Assembly (NCBI GenBank): GCA_963774015.1
Contig: CAVZDH010000001.1
Span: 451,064-515,063 of the forward strand
Length of the DNA stretch: 64,000 nt
Source of the DNA: an uncultured delta proteobacterium
GTDB taxonomy: Bacteria; Desulfobacterota; Binatia; UTPRO1
Reading direction: 5' to 3'
Position numbers and translations under genes: made by a program. Below the pieces are notes generated by a model. It was not told the origin of the DNA. It did no database searches and was given only the letters and a program-made list of their open reading frames with translations. This document shows positions 39,036-49,162 of this stretch, one piece after another. The first letter of the stretch is position 1. The number at the start of each line of letters is the position of its first letter.

Positions 39036-39302
39036 CTATGGCTGCTCATCGCCCCTTTCCCTCAAGGCCGCGACGATCCGCGCCACGGTCGGGGCATCGA
39101 AGTCGCGGCCGTAGGTGCGGTGGAAGAGCCGGATCCGCATTGCGGTCGATTGGTCCGTTCCGGCGGCATCGCCGAGCCCAGCGCGTATCAGGGCGCGCGC
39201 GGCATCGAACATGGCGCAGCCCATCCGCAAGCGTTCGGCCCCGCTTCGCTCCATGACGAGGCGCCGCTGCAGCTCGCGTATGGCCGGAGTGGTGTCGTTC
39301 AT
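39036..39302 (-). CDS. Small hypothetical protein (88 aa) translationally coupled to upstream nucleotidyltransferase-fold gene
   Basis: ATG overlaps stop of upstream gene (ATGA); contains an R-x4-H spacing (RIRLFH) that could be HEPN-like, unverified. Confidence 0.45.
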   Translation of the reverse strand: MNDTTPAIRELQRRLVMERSGAERLRMGCAMFDAARALIRAGLGDAAGTDQSTAMRIRLFHRTYGRDFDAPTVARIVAALRERGDEQP

Positions 39303-39848
39303 GGCCTGACCTCGGCAAGGAGGTCCCGGACGTCCAGCTCTGGGTCTACCGCCCACCGCGCGATGTAGCTCCAGTCGAGCGTCTCGACGCACGCGATGAG
39401 GTTGCGGACGTCCCGCAGCTGGATTTCCGAATGGCTGGGCTTCGCCCACGCGAGCTTCGAAAGGATGAGGTCCTCCGGCGCGACGAGGTCGACGGCCCGG
39501 CCCTCGACGGTGATGGTACGCCGGCGCGCGAACTCCGTTCGACGATACCTCGAGTCCTTGCGCACGATGCAATCGACCTTGATGACGGTCGGGGTGTGAA
39601 TCACGGTGAAGCTCCCGCGGTGCTCAACCCTGGCGGATCATGTCGCGGTCGCAATAGAAGTCGGGCGCGAAGGCGGCCGCGATCGTGTCGATGGTCGCCG
39701 GCCCGATCTCCACCACCAGGTCGATGTCACGCGTCATGCGCGGCTCGGCGTAGACGTTCATGGCCGTCGAGCCGCTCAGCATGTAGGCGATGCCCGCTCG
39801 GTTCAGTCGCTCGACGACGAGCAGCAGGAGATCCAACTCTTCGCTCAT
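39299..39848 (-). CDS. Nucleotidyltransferase-fold protein (pol-beta superfamily-like), apparently frameshifted near 39604-39626
   Basis: N-terminal ORF (39624-39848) has hG[GS]...DhDh-type motif LSGSTAMNVYAEPRMTRDIDLVV; C-terminal part (39299-39604) reads in a different frame. Confidence 0.45.
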
Positions 39849-39918
39849 GGCTCCGCCGGCTGAATAGCCCGTGGCCGGCTCGCACTTCTCGCTCGGAACC
39901 TACCTGTGCAGAGGTTCC

Positions 39919-42522
39919 CTAGGGCATCGTCACCGTCGACGGCACGCAGAAGTCGCGCGGGCCGAAGAAGTCGTAGGCGTCCGCCCCGAACTGGTTCAGC
40001 GTGAACAGCTCCGGACGGAAGGCCGCCGGCCGACCGTTCACCTTGTAACACATCAGGGCCGCGCCCGGATCGACGAGCGGGCCCTCGTCGTTCTTGATGG
40101 CCGGTAGGCAGAGGTGCAGCGGCTGCTTGACGTCGACCACGATCGTTCCGAACTGGTCGGTCACCACGAGCCCCGGCACCTTCGTCTTCGCGCCCGTGAC
40201 CTTGTAGCACTTGTAGTGATCGATCGGACGGGTGAGCGGTGACGCCGGGTCCGTCAGGCTCTTCGCCGTCGGCACCAGCATCCGATCCGGCTTCGCGAGC
40301 GACATCGTTCGCGAGCCGAACTGGTTGTCGACCGTCACGCCCTTCACCTTGGTGAAGCGCGAGGTCTGCTTGATCGTGTAGTAGGTGAAGTGCTCCGGAT
40401 CGAGCGGTGCAGTCGGGTCCTCCCCGTTCTTGTCCGCCGGCGCGCAGATCCGCTTGGGGCGTTTGATCGTGACGGTGCTCGGGCCGAGCGCGTCCGCGAG
40501 CGACACACCGGCGCGGTTCAAGGCCGGGCGGTGGATCTCGTAGCACTGGAAATGCCCGAGGCCGTCGAACCAGTTGCCGAAATCGTTGCCGGGATTCGCG
40601 CTGCCGCTCGCGAGCGTCTCCTCGTGGTAGCAACCGAAGGCGTCGGCGGTCAGCGGGAACGAGCACGTCCAGCCGGATTGCGGCACCTCGCGCACCTGCC
40701 ACGTCCCGGGGACGATACCAGTGATCACATAGGCGCCGGTCGCGTCGGTGACACCGAACGGCTCGTCGGGATCGAGCGCGCCGTTGCCGTCGTAGTCGAC
40801 ATAGATCGTCCAGCCGGCGAGACCGGGCTCGCCGGGATCCCGCCCGCCGTCGCGATCGACGTCGGAGAACTTGGTTCCCGACGTGGTCGCCTCGCGCCAG
40901 TTGCCGAAATCGTTGTCGCCGTACGCCGTCCCGGGGACGAACGTCTCCTCGTGATGGCAGCCGTATGCATCGGCGGTCGACGGGAACGAGCACGTCCATC
41001 CGGGCTGGCCGACCTCGCGCACCTTCCACGTTCCGGCCGCAATGTTCACGATCGCGTAGGCGCCGCTGGCGTCGGTCACGCCGAACGGCTCGCCGGGATC
41101 GAGCACGCCGTCGTCGTCGTAGTCGACGTAGATCGTCCACCCCGGAAGGCCCGGCTCGCCGGGCTCGCGAGGACTGCCGTCGGCGTCGAGGTCCTCGAAC
41201 TTGATGCCGGTCTTGCTGATACCGGTCCAGTTCGCGAAGTCGAAGCCCGTCTGGACCTCGCCGTCTCCGATGGTAAGCGCGTAGGAGCAGCTCGCGGGAA
41301 AGGAGCAGACGAAGCCCGGGTCGCCGAGCTCGCGGAGCGTCCACGTGCCCGGGGCGACGTCGTCGATCACGTACTGGCCGCTGGCGTCGCTCGTGCCGCT
41401 CGGCTCGCCGGGGTCGAGCACGCCGTCGTCGTCGTAGTCGACGTAGAAGGCCACGCCCGCGAGCCCGCTCTCGCCGGGATCGATCACGCCGTCGGCGTTC
41501 GCGTCGAGGTACTTCGTGCCGCGGAGCGAGGCCCCCGCCCGATAGGTGACGTTGATGTTCGTGTCGTTGCGGATGACGTCGGCCCAGACGCGGCCGAAGA
41601 TGTTGGTGCAGTCGCCGAGATTGATGCGGCCGTTCGGGATGAAGAACTGCCCGTGCACGGCGATCGTGTCGGAACAGCTCGGGTCGGTGTTGTACCCGAG
41701 CGTGAACGAGAACGTGGACGGACCGAGGCCGTCGGAGCGGATGTAGAAGCGTGCCAGATCGGATCCCTGGATGGTGAGGTCGTTGTTGCTGCGGAAGTCG
41801 ACGGCGATCCGGACGTCGGTGCCGGCCGTCGTGTTGATGGTCACGTTCCGGCCGATCTGGAGCGAGTGCAGGTCGTAGACGCCCGCACCGAGGTTCAGGA
41901 TGCCGCCGTCGTTGATGTCGACGTCGCCGTAGTCGCCCGGTGGCAGCGTCAACATGAACCCGGGAGGCAGGGTCACGTCGGCGAGCGCGTTCAGCGCGGC
42001 CTCCGAAGGGAAGCCCGGCAGGACCGGTTGGTACGGGCCGCCCGGATGCGTGAACGCGACGAAGCTCGGCAGCCCCGTATCGATGATGGGCGGCGTGAAA
42101 CAGATCGGCCCCGCGTTCCGCACGGAGGATGGCGTGAAGTCGTTGTTGTCGATGACGTTGGTGAAGAGGTCCCACACGCTCGTCGGCAACAGCGGATGCC
42201 CGGGTCCGAGCGTGATGCGGTCGGCGACGGCCGCGTAGCCGTCCGAGAGATGGACGCCGTAGTTCGTCCCGAGCGTGGCGTTCGGATCGCCGACCGTCGC
42301 GATGCCGTTCGATCCGAGATGGCCGCCGCTGAAGAGCCCGCGCCCGGGGATCGCGGCCGTCCCACCCTTCACGTAGAGATCCGTGTAGGCGAAGAGCATG
42401 TAGCCGTTGATGTCGCGCGGTGGCTCCGGCCCCGCGACGCACGGCGGTGGCGCGGCACTGGTACTCCCCGCTGCTCCGAGCAGCACGACTGCCGCAATCG
42501 TCACGGCACACCGGCGCCGCAT
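39919..42522 (-). CDS. Large secreted protein with three SdrD-B-like calcium-binding repeats and C-terminal Cys/Tyr/Lys-containing repeats
   Basis: Signal peptide MRRRCAVTIAAVVLLGAAGSTSA; three ~110-aa tandem repeats (GWTIYVDYDDDGVLDPGEPFGVTDASGAYAI...GTWKVREV...GWTCSFP); C-terminal HYKCYKV / LMCYKV modules. Confidence 0.7.
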   Translation of the reverse strand: MRRRCAVTIAAVVLLGAAGSTSAAPPPCVAGPEPPRDINGYMLFAYTDLYVKGGTAAIPGRGLFSGGHLGSNGIATVGDPNATLGTNYGVHLSDGYAAVADRITLGPGHPLLPTSVWDLFTNVIDNNDFTPSSVRNAGPICFTPPIIDTGLPSFVAFTHPGGPYQPVLPGFPSEAALNALADVTLPPGFMLTLPPGDYGDVDINDGGILNLGAGVYDLHSLQIGRNVTINTTAGTDVRIAVDFRSNNDLTIQGSDLARFYIRSDGLGPSTFSFTLGYNTDPSCSDTIAVHGQFFIPNGRINLGDCTNIFGRVWADVIRNDTNINVTYRAGASLRGTKYLDANADGVIDPGESGLAGVAFYVDYDDDGVLDPGEPSGTSDASGQYVIDDVAPGTWTLRELGDPGFVCSFPASCSYALTIGDGEVQTGFDFANWTGISKTGIKFEDLDADGSPREPGEPGLPGWTIYVDYDDDGVLDPGEPFGVTDASGAYAIVNIAAGTWKVREVGQPGWTCSFPSTADAYGCHHEETFVPGTAYGDNDFGNWREATTSGTKFSDVDRDGGRDPGEPGLAGWTIYVDYDGNGALDPDEPFGVTDATGAYVITGIVPGTWQVREVPQSGWTCSFPLTADAFGCYHEETLASGSANPGNDFGNWFDGLGHFQCYEIHRPALNRAGVSLADALGPSTVTIKRPKRICAPADKNGEDPTAPLDPEHFTYYTIKQTSRFTKVKGVTVDNQFGSRTMSLAKPDRMLVPTAKSLTDPASPLTRPIDHYKCYKVTGAKTKVPGLVVTDQFGTIVVDVKQPLHLCLPAIKNDEGPLVDPGAALMCYKVNGRPAAFRPELFTLNQFGADAYDFFGPRDFCVPSTVTMP

Positions 42523-43110
42523 CCCGATCGCCAGATGATGACGACTGGTGATTCGCATCGTCGACTCCAGTCGCGCGAGGTTTCGCGCCGCTACGAAGAC
42601 CGCATGCGGTCCGTTGAGGGGGCCCGGTGGATCGCTACACTCATTGCGCGATCAGCGGAGGTGTCAAAGGAATTCGTCCACCACACTCACGAAAACGTGA
42701 TCCATTTCGGCATACGGATACCCGAGGATCGTGTCGTCATGGCGACGATCCGTGACGAGCTCCAGCTGCATCGCGCATGCCAACGCGTGACGCTGCCATC
42801 GCCCAGGGATTGTGTCGCCGTGATGTCGCTGCCGTTCTCGAATCGGGAAATTCTCCGCCGCCTTTTCTCAGCGCATGGACGGCGCGCCGCGGCCGCGGCG
42901 GCGCGCGATCACGTGGCCTTGCTACGACGGGGCGAATTGGGGAGTGCGACGACCAGGGAGGTTCCGCGGCAGTGGCGGTGATTTCGGGAACCGCGACAGA
43001 GGCGAGCGGTAGGCAGCGACGCGTGGTTCTTGCAGGCCGCAGTGCTGGCAGGCGGACGCCGCCCGCCATTGCGGCGAGCGGCGTCCCGTCCGTCCGAACG
43101 ACTACTTCTT

Positions 43111-45533
<2,423 letters not shown>

Positions 45534-45757
45534 GCGGGTGCCTCCTCCAAAAACTCGAGGCGGGAAGGGAGGACAGCCCGACCAGCCTCTAAGGTTTCGA
45601 GTGGTTGGCCGCCCGGACGAGAAGGCAAGGACGCCGTGACGTCTGCTTCCCGCGAGCGCTTCTGCGCACTCCCGACGAACTTGCCGGCCGCCCGAGGACG
45701 GGCCGGCATGAAAACCGGCGTTGTCTAGCATCGGACGGGGGGAATTGCGAGAGCGCG

Positions 45758-45767
45758 GCCGCGTGGG
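45758..45767. repeat. Left copy of 10-bp flanking direct repeat GCCGCGTGGG (candidate target-site duplication)
   Basis: Identical 10-mer at 51086-51095; left copy abuts the outer end of the left inverted repeat. Confidence 0.55.
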
Positions 45768-45779
45768 TAGTGTCTCAGT

Positions 45780-46377
45780 GTCTCATTCTGGGAGGGTGGA
45801 ACCCCTCACCTTCAGGTGACGCCTTCAGGAGGCTTGCGGTACGGTGGGCGGCATGCGGACCTACCGGCGCGCGTCGCACAGTGTGTATGAGCTGCACTAC
45901 CATTTCGTGTTCACCACGAAGTACCGCAAGCCGGCGTTGACGGGCGATGTGGCCCTCGAAGTGCGCGGGATGGTGCGACAGATTTGTCGGGCGAACGACA
46001 TTGAGATTCTGGCGGGGCACGTACGTCCCGATCACGTGCACCTGTTGTTGAGCGTGCCGCCGCATCTGGCTCCGAGTCGGGTGATGCAAGCGATCAAAGG
46101 GAAGACCTCGCACCGGCTGCTCATGGACCACCGGAAGTTGAGGGCGGCGTTCTGGGGCCGGCATCTGTGGAGCCGGGGGTACTTCGTGTGCAGCAGCGGC
46201 AATGTGACTGATGAGATGATCGCGGAGTACATCCGGACGCAAGATGCCGAGCCCCAGGACGACGACCGGTTCAAGGTGAGTGAGTGACATGGTCATGAGC
46301 TTGCAGCGCACGGCGAGGGTCTTCAGGCGCCTTTAGGCGCCCGCGAACCCGCCGCCTTTAGGCGGCGGAGGGCTCAG
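45780..46377 (+). mobile_element. IS200/IS605-family insertion sequence (tnpA only), inserted within the left inverted repeat of the IS1-family element
   Basis: Encodes Y1 HUH transposase; subterminal hairpins (left: TCACC-TTCA-GGTGA about 45806-45820; right: GGCGCC-TTTA-GGCGCC 46326-46341 and GCCGCC-TTTA-GGCGGC 46351-46366); boundaries +/- 5 bp. Confidence 0.7.
45853..46287 (+). CDS. tnpA: IS200/IS605-family transposase TnpA (Y1 HUH)
   Basis: HUH motif in YELHYHFVFTTKYRKP, conserved DHVHLLLSVPP and catalytic Tyr region (RGYFVCSSGNVTDEMIAEYI). Confidence 0.9.
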   Translation: MRTYRRASHSVYELHYHFVFTTKYRKPALTGDVALEVRGMVRQICRANDIEILAGHVRPDHVHLLLSVPPHLAPSRVMQAIKGKTSHRLLMDHRKLRAAFWGRHLWSRGYFVCSSGNVTDEMIAEYIRTQDAEPQDDDRFKVSE

Positions 46378-46482
46378 TTTGATTCCGGGCGCCCGATTCC
46401 GACCCGCGCAACCGCCGACGACGTGTGCTAGCTTCCGCGACGATGCCGAAGGGCCCCCCGAGGCGAGAAGCGCCCCGCTGAC

Positions 46483-46671
46483 GTGATCGGCAACGCCGTG
46501 CATGTCATGCGCATCGCGACCGGCGAGGTGGAGGATCAGGTGCGCGACCCGGCGAAGGAGCACATGCGCCAGGGCGGGCTCAAGGGCGGCGTGGCGCGGA
46601 AGAAGGCGTTTTCACCTGAGAAGCGGAAGGCGATCGCGAAGAAGGCTGCGCGTGCGCGCTGGGGGAGTTAG
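46483..46671 (+). CDS. Small hypothetical protein with basic Lys/Ala-rich C-terminus
   Basis: 62-aa ORF; C-terminus GGLKGGVARKKAFSPEKRKAIAKKAARARWG; converges on the PIN-like gene; coding status uncertain. Confidence 0.3.
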   Translation: MIGNAVHVMRIATGEVEDQVRDPAKEHMRQGGLKGGVARKKAFSPEKRKAIAKKAARARWGS

Positions 46672-47108
46672 TCCCCTCTTCGACGGCTTCGACGATGCAG
46701 GGTCAGTAGGTCTGTTTCCGTGTAAACCTTCACTATTTCCCCATCAGCCGAAATCTTGGTGAAGAACGGGGCCGGGTAGCGGTTGATCACGCGGGCCATG
46801 CCTCGCAACCCGTCGTCAAACGCTTGCGCCATTCGGTCGGCAGTCATGTCCGCCCTGGTGAACCCAAACAGGCGAGCCCGTGATTGTAGGATCTCGAGCC
46901 GTTCACTGACGTCGCTGACTATGCCGTCGTTCTTGGTGAGGCCGATCCAACCGCTTCGACCCACAAGACGAATCCAGGGTTCGTCGCCGCCCTCTGGCTG
47001 CTGATCCAGGTTGTTGCCCGCGAACAGAAGGGCGTGTTCGCGAATAGGCCAACCGCGTTCGCGTAACAGAGTCGGGAGTCTCCGACCGAGGGATCGATCG
47101 GTGAACAC
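46668..47108 (-). CDS. DUF5615-like PIN-type protein (putative toxin)
   Basis: 146 aa; N-terminus FTDRSLGRRLPTLLRERGW resembles the DUF5615 (Mut7-C/PIN-like) start; immediately downstream of and co-oriented with a DUF433 gene, the usual partner. Confidence 0.5.
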   Translation of the reverse strand: MFTDRSLGRRLPTLLRERGWPIREHALLFAGNNLDQQPEGGDEPWIRLVGRSGWIGLTKNDGIVSDVSERLEILQSRARLFGFTRADMTADRMAQAFDDGLRGMARVINRYPAPFFTKISADGEIVKVYTETDLLTLHRRSRRRGD

Positions 47109-47128
47109 TCCGGTCTGTGCAACGATCG

Positions 47129-47896
47129 CTAGGCTGCGTTCTCGTAGAGCAACGCGTCCGTGATGTCCGCCAGCGGCCGGCAGTAGTCCTCGGCGAGCGC
47201 CTCGATCGATTCACCGGCGCGTTTTCGTTCAGCCACGATTCGGGTACGGATATCGGTTCCGGCGATCACGGGTCGCCCATAGGCGTAGCGTGGGTGAATC
47301 AGGATGCGTCGGGCACTCGGAGCGGGGCCATCGATCTGGGCTTCTGTAGCGAAGGGAAACACGCCGATAGCGCCTGCCGGGTCGAATTGAATGCGTTCCA
47401 AGTAGCGGATTAGGACGTCACGCATGCCAACCTGGGCAACCGATGGGCTATCGGAGATATTCAACACAACCGCATCTTCGAGCGAATCCAGAAACAGACT
47501 GTACCCGTCCGTCAGCATCCGCGACGTTGCTAACGGATGTTCGGATTTGAATTCCCTGCGCAGATGCACTATTGCGTTGCGTACTTTCGGTAGCTTGATC
47601 CCGTAACGACGCCGTACCGAATCGAGTACAAAAACTTCCACGAGATTCGTAAACGACAGCAAACCGCGTTCGCGGTCAGCTATCTTGATCAGCGGATGCC
47701 ACGTCCGGTGACCGTCAGATACCGGATAGTCTCGACCGTACACCCAGGTGCGAACGGTGCTCGCCGGAACCTTCAAGTAGCTCGCGGCGCTAGCGACTGG
47801 GTAGTTCGGGACATGTCGCGGATCGACATCGCGGTAGCTCAGTATCGTGTCCGCTTTTGGCATCTTGACGTACCTGCACCAAGCATACACGGGCAC
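47129..47896 (-). CDS. HTH plus DUF433 domain protein (putative antitoxin/regulator)
   Basis: C-terminal DUF433 signature RILIHPRYAYGRPVIAGTDIRTRIVAERKRAGESIEALAEDYCRPLADITDALLYE; N-terminal HTH-like segment (AASYLKVPASTVRTWVYGRDYP); central region unassigned. Confidence 0.65.
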   Translation of the reverse strand: MPVYAWCRYVKMPKADTILSYRDVDPRHVPNYPVASAASYLKVPASTVRTWVYGRDYPVSDGHRTWHPLIKIADRERGLLSFTNLVEVFVLDSVRRRYGIKLPKVRNAIVHLRREFKSEHPLATSRMLTDGYSLFLDSLEDAVVLNISDSPSVAQVGMRDVLIRYLERIQFDPAGAIGVFPFATEAQIDGPAPSARRILIHPRYAYGRPVIAGTDIRTRIVAERKRAGESIEALAEDYCRPLADITDALLYENAA

Positions 47897-48060
47897 GGCA
47901 GTTCAAGGGAGAGCCGTTTGCATTCGCTAAGTTAGCGGACTGCCGAGAACATCAAGGGGCTGGTCGTTCTCCGGTCGTGCGTCGAGACGGTAGATTACCG
48001 GGCGACAATCAGGTGAAACTTTTGCTTGACACTCAAGTATTATTGTCATATCATTGCGGC

Positions 48061-48969
48061 ATGAACAAGTTGCCGGTTGCCACGCGGGTCCAGATCCTCT
48101 CGATGCTCTGCGAAGGCTCCTCGATGCGCTCGATCAGCCGGGTCGCTGACGTCTCGATCAACACCGTCGCCCGCTACCTCGTGATCGCCGGCAAAGCGTG
48201 CAGCGCGTTCCACGACGTCACCGTTCGCAACGTCGCTGCGAAGCGCGTGCAGTGCGACGAAATCTGGTCGTTCGTCGGGATGAAGGAGAAGGCCGCGAAG
48301 GCGAAGGCGTCGAAGGACGAGCGACCCGCGAACGTCGGCGACGTGTGGACGTGGACAGCGATCGACGCCGACTCGAAGCTGATCGTGTCGTGGCTCCTCG
48401 GCGGTCGCGATGCAGGGTGCGCGTGGGAGTTCATGACCGACGTCGCGTCGCGGCTTGCGAACCGCGTGCAGCTCACGACCGACGCGCACAAGGCGTATCT
48501 CACGGTCGTGCCCGAGGCATTCGGCTTCAACGTCGACTACGCGCAGATCGTCAAGGTCTACGGCGCCGATCCGAAGGAGGATCAGCGCCGCTACTCCCCG
48601 GCGCAGTGCCTCGGCGCCGAGAAGCTGCACATTCACGGCTACCCGAAAGACGAACACATCTCGACGTCGTATATCGAGCGCAGCAACTTAACGCTCAGAA
48701 TGGCGAACCGCCGCTTCACGCGGTTGACCAATGCGTTCTCGAAGAAGCTGGAGAACCACGCGCACATGGTCGCGCTCTACACGTGCTGGTACAACTTCGT
48801 GAAGATGCACAAGACGATTGGCTGCACCCCCGCGATGGCGGCCGGCGTGATCGACACGCTCTGGTCGATGACCGATCTCGTGGCGCTCGTCGACAAGTAC
48901 GACGACGCGCAGCCGCGCAAGAAGGCGGGGCGTAAGCCGAAGGCGACCGATCCGGGTTCTCAGTCATGA
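48061..48969 (+). CDS. IS1-family transposase (fused InsA-like HTH and InsB-like DDE domain)
   Basis: InsB-like blocks VQCDEIWSFVGMKEK, WTWTAIDADSKLIVSW, LTTDAHKAYL, IERSNLTLRMANRRFTRLTNAFSKKLENHAHMVALYTCWYNFVKMH match E. coli IS1 InsB pattern (VQSDELWTFVG...IERHNLNLRQ...); N-terminal HTH VATRVQILSMLCEGSSMRSISRVADVSINTVARYL. Confidence 0.85.
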   Translation: MNKLPVATRVQILSMLCEGSSMRSISRVADVSINTVARYLVIAGKACSAFHDVTVRNVAAKRVQCDEIWSFVGMKEKAAKAKASKDERPANVGDVWTWTAIDADSKLIVSWLLGGRDAGCAWEFMTDVASRLANRVQLTTDAHKAYLTVVPEAFGFNVDYAQIVKVYGADPKEDQRRYSPAQCLGAEKLHIHGYPKDEHISTSYIERSNLTLRMANRRFTRLTNAFSKKLENHAHMVALYTCWYNFVKMHKTIGCTPAMAAGVIDTLWSMTDLVALVDKYDDAQPRKKAGRKPKATDPGSQS

Positions 48970-49154
48970 GCCCGAAGGTCCGACGAGTGCTCGTCGGCTT
49001 CATTATCAGCTTCCTGATTCTTACTGGCTGCGAGGTCGCTGCGCGACTCTATCTCGACTGGGTTAAGACGAGCGGGGCATCCCGAGCCTGCACTGCACTC
49101 GGCGGCACGTGGGATGCGCCGGCCCGGCATTGCGCGAGCCCGGAATCAAACTGA
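48966..49154 (+). CDS. Small hydrophobic peptide ORF translationally coupled to the IS1-type transposase
   Basis: ATG overlaps transposase stop (ATGA); predicted TM or lipoprotein-like segment VLVGFIISFLILTGC; 3' end overlaps right inverted repeat; coding status uncertain. Confidence 0.3.
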   Translation: MSPKVRRVLVGFIISFLILTGCEVAARLYLDWVKTSGASRACTALGGTWDAPARHCASPESN

Positions 49155-49162
49155 GACACTAG
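49139..49162. repeat. Right terminal inverted repeat of IS1-family element
   Basis: GCCCGGAATCAAACTGAGACACTA is the exact reverse complement of the reconstructed left repeat. Confidence 0.6.

Larger units (their letters stand above)
45768..49162. mobile_element. IS1-family element with 24-bp terminal inverted repeats carrying passenger genes (left repeat interrupted by an IS200-type element)
   Basis: Right repeat 49139-49162 (reverse complement TAGTGTCTCAGTTTGATTCCGGGC); left repeat split as TAGTGTCTCAG (45768-45778) + TTTGATTCCGGGC (46378-46390); encloses IS1-type transposase and TA-like genes; local GC dips to ~55-60%. Confidence 0.55.

Noticed and set aside
40390-42981. 863-aa plus-strand ORF
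   Set aside because: Antisense to the SdrD-B-like repeat protein gene; composition typical of a spurious GC-rich frame.
47897-49138. Search for short inverted repeats immediately flanking the IS1-type transposase gene itself
   Set aside because: No convincing repeats found by eye between 47897-48060 and 48970-49138; the only clear inverted repeats are the 24-bp pair at 45768/46378 and 49139-49162, so those were taken as the element ends.
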